64,000 bases of DNA. Origin: Tubulanus polymorphus (lineage: Eukaryota > Animalia > Nemertea). The translations under genes and the position numbers were made by a program. The notes beneath the pieces are model-generated. The model was not told the DNA's origin, ran no database searches, and worked only from the letters and a program-made list of their open reading frames with translations. Where the stretch lies: positions 18,203,101 through 18,267,100 of the forward strand of contig NC_134025.1 of the NCBI RefSeq assembly GCF_964204645.1, read 5' to 3'. Position 1 is the first letter of the stretch, and each line of letters begins with the position of its first letter. Below are positions 34,344-48,103 of this stretch, piece after piece.

Positions 34344-36567
34344 TTAAAGCTTTAATTTTCAATTTGATAGGCTTGCTACAATTCATTTTTTCGTGATTAT
34401 ATTGATTCTCTATTGTTTTAGGCTCAGCAATGGCTGTCAATTGGGATTTAGACGATACATTAAACCTACTTGATGAACAAGAATCAGATGACCCACTCGA
34501 TGAGTCTGTGTTAGATGGATAACTTGATACTTTCTCTTTGATTAAAGAACTTATATTTTCACTTAACTTTTTTGCTTGTTGAGGACCAACAGCTGTTATT
34601 GATTTGTAATTAGCTGTCTTCTAGATTTGCTGAAGGAAGTTACCTAAGTGCATAATCAGAATATTCATGATAACAGGCTTAATAATTCTAAAATAAATTA
34701 CATGTATGCTAAATTTGGTGTGACAATTTGCCAAATGATTTGAGATTTAAGTCAAATGGTACTGCCCATAAACCGTAATTGTATTTTGTTTAGACTATGG
34801 TTTGTTTTATCATGTGCTTTTAGCCTATTTTAGCCTATAAATCATCTTTTGCTTGCAGTTACTTCATTGTTACCTAACACCACCCTTAGTAATCTTGAAA
34901 AGATAGTTTGTCTCTCAGCTACCAATCCATACCCAATAGCCAATCAGATACGTTGTTTTGAATCAGCAAGTCTGTTCAAACAAAACGACACAATGGATTG
35001 GCTTCATATATGAATTTTGGTGTCCACTAAACTGTCTACCTGTCTACTCAAGACATCTTGGGCACTGTAATGGGACGAACTAAAGAACTGCAACAAAGGT
35101 TTGTTTTGGTGTATGCTTTCCAGAGGCAATCGTTACTGATTAAGGTCGTAAATCTTCTGTGTAATACCAGTAATATCTGTACAAGAGTGACTAATTCATT
35201 TTATATCATGCATTTCTTTGGTCAATATTGACCCGATTTCATAAGTATTATTTTTGTTATCATTGTTAGGCAAACTGCACTGTTATATCTTATTTTTACA
35301 TTAATCTTGTAGGCCAAAACTTTTAAGGATGGCCTGTGTTTTTGGAAGCTTCGTTTTACATTTTTGCTTGACTACAGACAATACTTAACTATTGTTAAAC
35401 TTGTACTACACTTGTTAAATTTTATTTTATCATAATCATCAACTTGATGAAAGGCCTATATTGGCTATATATGTTTCTTTGATAGCTCGCTTCGCATGAG
35501 TTAATAAAAACACTTTTTATAGTTAATTTTCTTGTTCATCTTAATTTCTTCTTGAAAATTTTTTGTTATTCTCAACTCCACTAGTATTAAGTGTTGGATC
35601 AATTAGGCTTCATTGTATGTTCATATATTTACAAATTATAGCATCCTTTTTGGTTCCATGAAGCTTTTTAAGATTTTTGGCGGTTTCAATTTTTTACAAA
35701 ACAAAAGAATTAAAAGTTTCCCATTAAACTTGAAGCGATTGCATAAATGAATTTTCTGATAACGTTTTATTCATTCGATTGCCATGCCATCTATCTGATA
35801 ACTGGGCATTTGATTACAATCCAAATTAATGTCTATTTAATTCAATACTCTCGCCCTCAGTTGTTCCGTATCAGTCAGGATTTTTAGTACCGATTAAATC
35901 ATTTACGGATAGCTGTTAATCTGTAAGTCTACGAATAGATTATACTTGATTTAAGTGATTAACCAATTTAAAGATTTTTAGATTGCCTCTTAAAATCATA
36001 TGATTATAATTAAGGCACTTTACTGAAGCGATTCAAAACCAAGCACATTCTAAATATGACATATTGGCCTACTTCAGTATTTTCAGGAGTTTCTCATATT
36101 AAGCTCGATTACATATGTTTATCTTCATTTTCACTTCAAATGTATAAATATGAATATACAAATAATTATGTTAAAATGGAATAACGTTCGTCTAAACCAG
36201 GACCAATTTGTCTATACGGAATTATCATTATTGAATTTAACCAATATTATCTGTAATACTTTTAACAATTCATATTCAACAATTTAATGGTGAGCCACAG
36301 GTTCCTTGGACCTTTATTTTCATCGCCTGCTGTTAAAGGATACCAGTGTAAAACCGTTATTGTCGTATTTCTGCATAGCGCTACATTCTGAAATTCTTCA
36401 ACAGTTCGTGGGCTTAGATAGATTTGAACCTTCATTTTATACATTAATTATTCTTAGCCTACTTGAAACAACTTATTCCTATATACTCCTAATAATGTCC
36501 ATATAAATGAATAACATATAAATGAATAACTTCTAGAATCAATTTAGTAAAAAAATTTGATATTAAA

Positions 36568-37236
36568 ATGGAGCCAGAACAATCACAAACTATCAATATA
36601 ACAAATAACAATGGTGTTATAAATATATACTACAAGAAATGTTCTAAATGTGAATTAGATAAATTAGCTATAACAGAATTTAGTAAGCGTAAGATTAGCA
36701 AAGACGGTTTTCAATATTGCTGCAAAACTTGTATTAAACTATATACTAAGCAATATCGGGCAGATAATAGAGAACATTATAATGATTATATGACAGAATA
36801 TATGAGAGAAAGATATAAAACAGATCTTAATTTTATAATGAAACAATGTTTACGGTCTAGATTAACACAATTATTCAACAAAGAAACGCATCCAGCAACA
36901 CTATCTAATTTGTTGGGTTGTTCAGATGAATTCTTAAAATCATGGATTGTATATCAGTTTAATGATGAAATGAATATGAACAATTATGGCGAATACTTTC
37001 AAATAGACCATGTTTTACCAATATCGAAATTCAACATGAATGATGAACACAATCAGAAGCTAATCTGGAATTGGAGAAATTTAAGACCTTTAGAAAAAGT
37101 AGAAAATATTAGGAAAAGAAATGAACTATATTTACAGTTATATTTGGAGCAATTAGATAAAGCAAAGACATTTGTTGAATTATGGGATAGTAGCTCGCAG
37201 AATCAACCGCATTCTGAGGTTTTAATCAGTGGTTAG
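36568..37236 (+). CDS. HNH-type endonuclease with N-terminal Cys4 module (large DNA virus/phage type)
   Basis: KKCSKC...DGFQYCCKTC; LRSRL; LLGCS; NYGEYFQIDHVLP...WRNLRPL...NIRKRN. Confidence 0.85.
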   Translation: MEPEQSQTINITNNNGVINIYYKKCSKCELDKLAITEFSKRKISKDGFQYCCKTCIKLYTKQYRADNREHYNDYMTEYMRERYKTDLNFIMKQCLRSRLTQLFNKETHPATLSNLLGCSDEFLKSWIVYQFNDEMNMNNYGEYFQIDHVLPISKFNMNDEHNQKLIWNWRNLRPLEKVENIRKRNELYLQLYLEQLDKAKTFVELWDSSSQNQPHSEVLISG

Positions 37237-37612
37237 AAAACCGGCAACTCTATTTGAGCTCTGTATGTATATAGTATAAAACATCTGTTGCATGATTGTT
37301 TTCATTTGTAAGGAATTAATTAACTTCATCATAAAAGATCGCCTGTTACCATCCAGTCAAACGTACAGAAATAATCAGCTTGATCGAACGTGCGCCACGT
37401 TGGCAGTTAGAAATCAACATTCACATATACAGAACGCATAGGATATTCTCTCTCGAAACACAGTTTACTTTTCTAAATCTAAATGTAAGTACCGTTTTTT
37501 GTAGTTATTATGAAGTAGGGAAAGGGGGTACTTTAAACATATATAAGTACAGTAATTCATTTTCACAACAACCGCTTCATAAGTTCATTCTATAGATATC
37601 TTTTAGATTAAA

Positions 37613-38560
37613 ATGGAACGCAGAGATCGACCAGAAATTCCAAGTGAACCATCGGAAGGGGAATCAGAACCGATGGATAGTGAAACCCAGGATTCAACAG
37701 AAATGGAGGAAGGAACTCAAGTTATTGACAAACCAACTTTAAAAAAATTACAAAAACATTTGGATTATCATAAAGAAATGGCGAAAATGCTGGGTGATGT
37801 AATTTGTAATAAACAATTACCACGCGAACCACAATTACCAACAACAAAACCTGGAACCGATGGATAGTGAAACCCAGGATTCAACAGAAATGGAGGAAGG
37901 ATCTCAAGTTATTGACAAACCAACTTTAAAAAAATTACAAAAACATTTGGATCATCATAAAGAAATGGCGAAAATGCTGGGTGATGTAATTCGTAATAAA
38001 CAATTACCACGCGAACCACAATTACCACAATTACCAACAAAAAAACCTGGAATTGCTGTTGGGGCTCAAGGAATCTGAATTGCTGTCGGGACTCGAGAAA
38101 TTGAAACCTAAGAAAATGAGTGGAGAACAGTTAAATAAGTTTTTAAAATCTAAATTAATTATTGAAACAGAACATTTAAACTTTCCAGAAATACGAAGTG
38201 AAGAAGTTATTTCATTTGATAAAATTACTAATATATTAAAAATAAGTTATAAGACCATATTAAAAAGAAAAGCAAATCACCTATGGGACCACATCATTTT
38301 CGGGAGTTATTTGATTATGGAGTTTGACATTTTCGATAAAGAAACTGAGGGGATTTCTGGGGAGGGGGGCTTGGGTTAAAAAGAATATAGAAATCAGCGC
38401 CGGTTATGAAAGAAAACTGAGAAGAGTAGGAAGATTGATAGAATATGAAAAATTCCAATTATTAAGTTTAACATTTAGTGAAGTTGTCAACTATTTACCA
38501 GAAATTGAAGAAATGATTGAAAACGATTTAGTAATTAAAGAATTCTGGACGAAATTATAA
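37613..38560 (+). pseudogene. Viral hypothetical gene with an internal ~188-bp tandem duplication and frameshifts
   Basis: MDSETQDSTEMEEG repeated at 37673 and 37860; homolog 28445-28912. Confidence 0.8.
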
Positions 38561-39185
38561 ATTATAACGCTAAAGATCTTTGTAATATAGATATAAAAAA
38601 TGTAATCTTGATTGTGTAAATCTGCTTTAATATTGTATTGTTATGCATTAGTCGTTCGGGCGTTGTTGATGGTGACGGCTGTTCTGTATTGATTGTTTAC
38701 AGTTCTATGTTTGAATGTTGTAGTTTACAGAATAAATTATATAATTGACGCATGCGCACTGTGGAAAAGCGGTCTTCTAGGACCGCTTTTCTATTGTTCT
38801 CCATTGTTCTACCTTCGATCGCTACAATTTGCATAATAAATATATAGATAGACCGAAGTAGTGAGATATTGAAACCTAATTTAAATAAAAAGTATTAAAA
38901 AACAATAACTTCAACTATATAGTGAATTCTATTATATTTTTAATATTTTCTTTTGCAATTCTAATTAACACTAGATTAAATAGATTTTGAAAAGAATTGA
39001 ATAGAAATTCTTTTACTTCAAATAGCTAGTATTTTTAGTCAATAATAGAATTCTTTAACTTTAACTAGCTAGTATCATTTCATAATACTAATAATATTCT
39101 TTCACTTTTCTCTAAAATAAATGTCGAGTAAAGAAATCGAGTAAATATAGTATTGATATTGAAAAGACAATTGAAGATTTGGGCA

Positions 39186-39656
39186 TTACTGATAATAAGG
39201 ATATTCCAACCAAAATAAATCAGAAGATATTGAATCAGAATAAAAAATTAAGTAAAATAAATGAGTGATATCGATATAATAATCATCTTTCAAATGATAA
39301 TAATATTCACCATCTAAAAATTTTAATTCTCTTTCTAAATATCTAGCACCTCTATCATTGATATTATATCCAGTTCTTTCAAATATAGGTTTGAAATTAT
39401 AAATATATTCATTATATTCTAAATTTTGTTTTACTAAATCTGGATTTTCATTTTCAGGATTTATTCTCGATTTAATTCTATCAAATTCATCCGTTGATGA
39501 GCATTTAGAACCACTATCTGCTAAATTAGAACTATATGCTGTTTCATCATCATTATCAATATTAGTTTCAGCATCATTATAATCATCACCGATATACCCA
39601 TCATTATTATTTCCCATGTCTTCCATTTCATAATCTTCTCCACCTTCTACTTCCAT
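39186..39656 (-). pseudogene. Truncated homolog of the 21365 gene
   Basis: MEVEGGEDYEM...SNLADSGSK...ELKFLDGE. Confidence 0.8.
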
Positions 39657-40975
39657 TTATATCTTATAAAAATTAAAATTAAAAATATAATATTCCTCCT
39701 ATTACAATTCCTATACAAGTTATAGCTAAATTGTTTTTGTGTATCAAATGATGTATTTAAATTTCCAATTATTGGGGATCTTGTTTCAACTTGAGCACCT
39801 AGAATACATATCAAATAAATTGTCGTTTTGCTGCTAGCGGAAAATTAGTCCATCGTAAATTATTTCTTGATTTATAAAATATTCAATCACCCTAAAGTAA
39901 GGGAATATTCTCCCAACTGGACTCAATTTAAATTGTTTTGCGCCATCATTGACCGCGAGTGATGAATTCAATGTGCTTTCAAAACGCACTGAGAAATAAC
40001 GTCACTATAGCGGTAAAATTCCGTCAGTAAAATTTCATTAATTATGGTATTTAATTAAATTTGAACTGAATTCGGCGAAGTTCAAACACCCTTCAACCTA
40101 GCAAGATAGCTATATCAGTGCGATTATACATTCCTCTGTCAGGAATAAAATTTTGGTCAAGTCCATTTTTAGGTATATTCAAATAGCACACTGTCCCTCA
40201 AAACCAAGCAACAGGAGATGCTCACAGAGTGCAGACTATTTTTGATCAGTGACGTCACAGAGCTCCTAAACTATAATGATCCAAAAATCGAAGTAAACTC
40301 AATGTATCGGTACAAATCCGAACATATACACGGCCGGTATCTTACATTTGATACCAAAAACCTTTTCATGCAGCGCACAGACCGCACCAACCCGTGAAGT
40401 TTCGCCGTTAGTTCCTTATAGTATAGATTTGCCCGGACGAAACTTATTTAGTTAACATTCTAACCGTGTGAATCCCTTTCGGAATTCTGATATATTAGGA
40501 ATTGTGTGCATAAACGCCGCTTTTCAAATAAAATTTGGAATTTAAAGATAATTGCAGTCTTCTAATACGTGAATTCGAGACTGTGGTAGGTTATCACTAT
40601 AATTGCTATAACACAATTATCCTTTGCGATTAAAAGCATAAATACAGTATCGGGAAAGGAAACTAACTCCATCCTTTATATTTCAATTCAATTTCGATAC
40701 AGAATAGCAAACAATGGGACCTTCTCATTACGAAATAAAAAACAGATTCTCTCGGTCACCACATCTTCGAAATACTGTTTATTGTAACATCAAATTGGTG
40801 AGTACTTTAAAGACTGCAAAAACAACCGACTGGGGTCGGGCCAGTAATCGCAAGCTCATGCAGTGAACCGACCAAGACTACAATATTGTAGCCTTGGTCA
40901 GTGTTTACAAAAAAAGTTGTGCAGTGAACCGACCTAGGTACGCGCAGAAAGAGACTGTTATACTATTATCAGAAG

Positions 40976-41110
40976 TTAAAAATTCGTTTCAAAGTTGTAA
41001 GTAGTCTAATAGAAGATGATTTTTCTGTGACGAAACTCAGTGGAAAATATGTTAAAATAATAATCAGCAGGAATCCAATAGGGTTTCTGCCGAGGCAGCA
41101 GAAACCCTAA
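40976..41110 (+). mobile_element. End of a Helentron/HINE-like interspersed repeat with a terminal palindrome (also ~48860-48990 and 50890-51090)
   Basis: TAGGGTTTCTGC-n-GCAGAAACCCTA hairpin; shared upstream sequence with the 48.9-kb copy. Confidence 0.55.
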
Positions 41111-41114
41111 ATAT

Positions 41115-42280
41115 AAAAAATAATAAAGAAAACATCAAATCTAATATAAAAAAAATTAATAAATTTAAAAAATAGATTAGATTATATAAGTTAAAATGGT
41201 AATATTACAATTGAAGAACAAGATAAATCTTAAAAAGAATTAATTTATTATAAGTAATAATGTATAATTATAATCATAATCAATTAATTGTTTTATTATA
41301 TTGATGGTAGTTTTGCGAAAGCCTTTCAATATAATAATATAATTAAATATCATATTCCAGCAATAGATTTTAATAAAAATGTCACTTATAGGAATGAAGT
41401 TTTAAATTCATAAATTAATTTAAAATTTTATGTTACTGAAACTTATAATTTTAATATTAAGATGGAAAATATATTTCATGCATATTTAATTAATTTAAAA
41501 AATTAAAAGAAGCAAACCAATGGTTATTAAAATCTGATATGAAGTATTGGCAGAACCAATTGAACTTTGCAGTTTATTGTGCAACAACGGGGTGTGCTAT
41601 AAATTGGAACGATCACTTAAATGAACTAACCGTACCATTAATATTAACAGTTTTTAGATTACATGCATACCTTCAAATACGATTAATATTAAATGAGTTA
41701 GAATGTCCTTTACCAGGAACTAAATATTTAAAAGAATTAGATTATAACATTAATTTATTTATCAAAGTTTCATAAAGTTTGTAATGAATTTAATATAAGT
41801 ATAGATAGTTCTGATTTTAGAATAAAACTTGGAACAATAAGATCACTTCCTTGTCCTGAAAATATGTTACAATATTGCGCACTTCCCTTTACCAGTTAAT
41901 AGTTTTTCCAATATATATAGTGGTAAATTAGGTTATGGTAAAATAGAAAATTTAAAAACATTAAATTTCAATAAATTACCGACATACTGTGATAATATAA
42001 AGCAACAAAATAATAATGGTTGGGTTAACTTTATTTTAGATAATAATGAAGGTTTTACCAAGCCTGGTATACAAAGAATAAATCGATAAGAATATATTTA
42101 ATTTGTATATTAGGATCACAAGTTGAAACAAGATCACCAATAGTCGGAAACAATAATACTTCATTTGATACACAGAAAGAATTTAAAGTTTTATTTGAAG
42201 ATTGTATTCATAATGATAAGAATAGATCGATTCAAGACAATATAGTAAGATATCAAATTAGAATTTAGATAAATCACAAT
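41115..42280 (+). pseudogene. Decayed homologs of the 19573 and 20024 genes
   Basis: MKYWQNQLNFAVYCATTGCA; GWVNFIL; SQVETRSPIVGN. Confidence 0.85.
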
Positions 42281-45200
42281 GCGCTTGAGGAAATAAATTG
42301 CCCATGGACAAAGTGTGGTTTACCTTGAAAGCTAGAGGTTGTTTGGAGTAAAGGGCATTGCTTGAAAAATCTTATTAATTCGTGACTTCAAAGTTCTAGA
42401 AGTTTATATCGGATTTTATCTTTCTTACAGTATTATTTTGTAGTCAAATAAGACCAAAGATAAACATTTGTTTATGGTCTACGTCCAAAATTTCGTAGGG
42501 TACAGGCAGGCGCGGCAGGGTAACTATTTAATATTTTCAAAAATGGATTTTTCACAATATGAAAAAATATTCAAATGAAATTCATATTATGTCACATATC
42601 AGAGGGTGGAGAAAACACAGCGCTCATCTTCTGCTACGACGAATATCCAGCCTGTTATCATGCCAAACGTGCACGCGCCAAGCAGCGTTACAGCATCACC
42701 ATATAGTAGTCTGTATGACCGTGTGTTTGTGTGTGTAACAGTCTAATGTTTAGCACTCTTGCGCAAGTTGAGGCCTTGTGTAGTGAACATTCGCTTCACT
42801 TCAATCTCAATCACCAATCAACGGGTATTAAAATGAAACAATACCTATGGTGATATGTGAAATAATTATATTCCCACAAGCGATGAGCATTTAAAATTAT
42901 ATACGGCACCAGTCCAATGAAATGTTCGCCACTAATGGCTTTCCCGTAATTATTTTAGTAGCGCCGGAATTCCCCGTATATCCCCAAAACAGCCAATCAC
43001 ATTCCCTCGTAGAGACAACGCCCCCCGATCGAGGTCATTGCAATTTTATAAGCAAGAGCTAAGAATTTTCCCGCCAAAAACAGTTTTTCGTCGAATTTAA
43101 ACAAAGTTGACCATGTCATCGACGGAGGTTCGTCATGTCTTCCGCATCGATTATACGTCGTTTAACCCGAGAACCAATGAAAAAAATACTCGCATAAAAA
43201 AACGTACCGCGATTTTTCATGAATTGGCTCGATGCCAACCTCATACTGCTGACAAAGGTAAACCAAAAATATTATTCACATGACCTACATAATGAATATA
43301 TGGATAAATTAAAAAACACCGATTACATCACCCATTTAAATATGAATTTATTCAAACTCAGCTAGCTTGTTAATCTATTATATTTTTAGTTACATTCTAG
43401 TTAAATTTTAGTTGTAACAACACAACTAATTTTTTTGTTATATAAATGGGCGGCGAAGAGAATATAAAATCTAAAAATAGTGATGTTCCAATTGAAAAAG
43501 TTAAGATGATTTAGGCATAACAGAAACAAAATTCACATCGGGTAATGGTGCTTTAAATGATGTTACAACAAATAATAATGATGAATATTATCTTTATTGT
43601 AAACATCAATTAGAAACATTAATTGCGTTTGGAAAATTTAAAACTTATATTGGTAATAATTTAACCTATAATGAATTAGATACAATGAAATCAGATCAAA
43701 TTATTAAAGATTTATGAAGCTGTAAGAATAGCTAGAATTAATGATGCGATATCAGAAAATGTAGTAAAAGGTTATTCTCAGTTATGTAATTATATGCTTC
43801 CAATTGAAGATGAATATAATTATGCACCGATTTAAAAATGATTATTCAATTATGATAATTAAATAAATGGATTGGATATCTATCATTTCAATTAGGTGGA
43901 TTTATGACATTATTATCAACTGGAGTTAAAACATTTTCAAACATTGATAACAAAGATTTTTCTATAAAAAAATGCGTGAGGTGGAAGAAGTGAAAGAATT
44001 AGCTGTGAAGAAAAAAAAACGAGAAAACAGAAACAAATTGAATGGTCACGGCAGTTAGGAATTCAATCAATAGAATTTAAAAAAGAAAAAATAAATAATG
44101 AAAATGTTAATAGTAAAGATGGAAGTAATTTTATTTCTACTCCTTCTAAATCATTTAATAAATATTTCCATTATTCAACTGGCCTTGTAATTGTATTCAT
44201 TTTGATTGGATGTAGTTGGGATAAAAAAATTGAATACAATTTATGATGATAGTTCTGAAACTACTACTGATAAAAAATAAAAAAAACCTTCTGACATTCC
44301 AAATATCACTATAAAAAATGGATATTTAGAAAAAAAAACAAAAAAATAATTTAATTTATTCGACAGTATTTATACTTTTATTTTTATAATTTAATTTTTT
44401 TAATTATTTAATCATTTTTATAATTTTATTTTTTTAATTATTTCATTATTTTTATCATTTTATTTTTTATAACTTCATATTTTTATAATTTTAATTTTTT
44501 CATTACTTCATTTTTTTTTTAAATTTATTTTTTTTTAAATATTTTATTTCTTTATTATTTTAATTTTATTTTCTTATTTGTTCAACAATTTCTAACTCAT
44601 GATGACCGTCTTAATATATTCCATGATAGATTATATCAAAGCCTTCTAAGTCTTTTTAATTACTTTTTTAATTACCTCTTTACTTAATGAAGCCCATTTA
44701 TCAAGTAAAATACTTTAAATTCTCTCTTTTGTAACATCAACTAACTTTTCTATTTCAAATTGTTTTTTTTGCTGGTTTTATTTAATTATTCATTGACGCT
44801 AGGAATACTTTTCCCTCTCCCATTTATAAGGAACAAAAAATATTTGTGGTGATAATCACCCTCTCGCCCTCTAATCTGAAAATGTCATCTTCCAATTACT
44901 TCCGTCATCTGAGATCTAAAAAAATTGGATGGATGGGTAAATTTTGGGCTTCAATATCTTGAGAAACTAACAAACTTTCTTTTTGACTGAAGAATCGGGA
45001 GAGTTAACTCAGATATATTTAGTCGAATTGTAACAAGATCCTGAAAACTAGGAAATCAAATATTACACATATATATGACGTACGCTTTATTTCATTTTGG
45101 TTGTGACAATGTATACATAACTGAATAAGCAAGACAATAAAATCATATGAAGGATGCTTCAAAAGAACAAAAAAGACCTATGTATGATATATGAAAAATA

Positions 45201-45479
45201 ATCAGTAGAACTGATACTTAACCACCCTGTACATATGACAAACGCTTTATTTCAAATTAGTTGTGACAATGCATACATTACAGAAGTGGCTTCAGACAAT
45301 AAAATGATATGAAGGATGCACTGAATGAGCAAAAAATAACTTATCTGCATAACTATAACTATATATGAAACAAGGGGCCAATCTGCTATAATAGCTCCGC
45401 TATGTGATTTGAATAAATAGAAACCCCATGTCCCACATCCCCTGATGGCCAAATCTGAACTAGGGGTCCACGCCCACAT

Positions 45480-46365
45480 GGGACTCATAAAACATGTCAC
45501 TAGCTACAATTTTGCAATTTGATTGCGGTTACAAAATATGCCCAGGTACCAATATAATATAAAAATACTAAGTTCTTCAGCTATTCAATGCCCCTGGTGA
45601 CAATATACAAGAACCAATGACCTCAAATCTCAAACACAATCTAATGCTTCAACTTTGCAATTGATTGTGGTTAAAAATATCAAATATAAATAGGCAAATT
45701 GTATATTATCAAATATTCAACTCCCCTGGTGGCCAGAACAAAATCCTTGGTAATTCCACATGAGATGAATCCTATGACAGTGATAACATTTATCAAATAT
45801 CAAGACTATAAATTAAAACCTGTTGATATTTTCCTCAAAAGCTTTTACTATCTACAAATGAGTGAAAGATGGCTGCCAATCGGGTCAGGCTTAACTGATA
45901 AAACAATCTGTGGCTATGTTTAAGAGCCTTACTCAAAGTATACCCATCACAAATCTCAATGAAAAAATGGCAAACCATTAAGAAAATACAGGTCTCGAAA
46001 GTCAGGGCAAAAATAACCTAAATAACCTTTTTTTGGCACAAAAAAGGTTACACAATGGCCATCTTGTGTCCAATCGACCCATTTTCCCCAATGATGCCCC
46101 CTGGGGGATACAGGCATATGTGAAAGATCAAGATAATTGATTCAAATGTTTCCTAAATTTCCCTTGAAAGCTTCACAAATGTGCAATAAGTGCTCATTTT
46201 GGCGAACCTAGGGAACATACAGGTAAAAACCAAACATCAAGAAAATCCATTGTACCGTCTTCCAAACTTAACAAAATAAGTGGATTCCATCAACAGACTG
46301 ACGGACAGACAGATAAAAAGTGAATGCAATAGTCTGCTGGGCGGAAGTCCCAAGTAGTCTCAAAA
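45480..46365 (+). mobile_element. HINE-like repeat of the same family as 60985-63175
   Basis: Shared 154-bp units, GACA microsatellite and GGG...AAGTCCC end. Confidence 0.55.
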
Positions 46366-47986
46366 TGGCTCTGTCCTTTGTAGGTATTGGTCCATAGAAT
46401 ATTCATACCAAATTTGGAAGTGATCTGATTAATACTGTAGGGCTAGTAGCGATTTGCAAATTGCAGCAAGTAATGAAATTCTTAACATGGACTTTCCTAA
46501 ATTTACATGATGGTGTATGTTTAATCCAATATCACAATAAAACGTCATTGAATAAACTCTAGAGTGTAAGCATTAACTACAAAGAATCCTTCTAGCGACC
46601 AGTTCGATCGAAAATATTCAAATGAATTCTCTACCTGGTCACAATGAACAGTAAGGCAATTCAACGTTCTATTTAACAATGGTTATGATTGATTAGTAAG
46701 ACATGAATATAACTACCCAGCTACGTTACCATCTCTTCATAAACCTTAGCGTCATATTGTAGTGCAAGAAATGATGCAGAGGTCAACAAGGTGACACTCA
46801 CATAGAGGCAGGGTCTTAGCGAGCAAGCTCCAACGCTGTTCGAACTCAACTATATATTACACAATATTGGTCCACCTGTATAGTTCTGTATATGTTTTTC
46901 AATACAAATAAGTATTGTTTAAAATGCATCTGCATATCGATACAAACGGGCGTACGCATTCAAATCTTTTTTTATCAATTGATTACCCTACATCTAAAGA
47001 TTAACCGCTTCGTTGATTTTGGTGAGTTACACGTGTTACTAAAACGAGGGCGCTATTATCACATCTCGGCAGCAAAGTAAATATTACGCTGTGCATCAAC
47101 ATGGAATTTTCTCGTCTTTCTCTGAATTTTAGTAGGAGGAAATTGGATGACGACGATTTATTTCATTTAGTTCTGAACTTTTGAAGTGAGGATTGGAAAA
47201 CTGTATTAGTCACGTGATACATGATGAACCGGTTTTCTGAACACAAATTTTAGCTGCTGACGCGTATGAGAAGTGCTGGTTTTATGTCCTTGCACAGACC
47301 TCATATCATAACCAAATATGCGTTGTCAAGTTAAATTTCATCAAAAAATGTTTCTAGGCCTACGATATACAAAAGAACAAGTAGCGGCACATCTCAACGA
47401 GTATGGATTACTTTTTTAGAAAGGCCGATTACCATAGCCATATTGGTGCACAAAGTCAAGGGATATCCTGATAGGACATCAGTTAAGATAAAATTATCAT
47501 TTTACAAAATTCTTTCAATTCCTTGTTTCAGAAATAAATTCATTCTTTCTCAGGAAAGTACAACAAATTTCAGACTGACTGAGCAAGTCAGGAAGCTATC
47601 AAACTGGTGTCAAATAACAGAGAAAACTGGGAAAATAAAGTACACAAACTCGACCATAAAAAGAGTTCTGAAACTTTGAAGGCCTTGGTCCATAGAAAAT
47701 TCATAGCTAATTTGGAATTCATCTGATTAAAAATGTGGGACGAGTAGCAATTTGAATTTGCCAGATGCACAGAAGGATGAACGAACGAACGATCAGCCGT
47801 ACAACAACGCCCCACCCCTAACCTATTAGCTCTGGTCACAGCGGAGCTAAAAATAGTAAATGTTTGTATACATATATAAGGCCATATGTAAGACAGCACA
47901 CAAAAGCAAATATGAAGACTTCATCTTCGAATTCAAACTTCATCTATCAAATGCCAATCAAGTTAAAAGTAATTTCCAATTAATCA

Positions 47987-48103
<117 letters not shown>

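Larger units (their letters stand above)
36530..44900. mobile_element. Rearranged Maverick relic(s) with secondary insertions; terminus at 44900
   Basis: 36538-39190 is an inverted homolog of ~27250-30010; fragments homologous to genes at 19573, 20024, 21365 and 27293; 44730-44900 is homologous to the 868-1050 end (CCAATTACT). Confidence 0.8.

Noticed and set aside
11232-44900. A single 33.7-kb Maverick from 11232 to 44900
   Set aside because: The flanks AACGGG and TCCGTC are not a TSD, the ends are only loosely similar, and the interior holds duplicated diverged gene sets.
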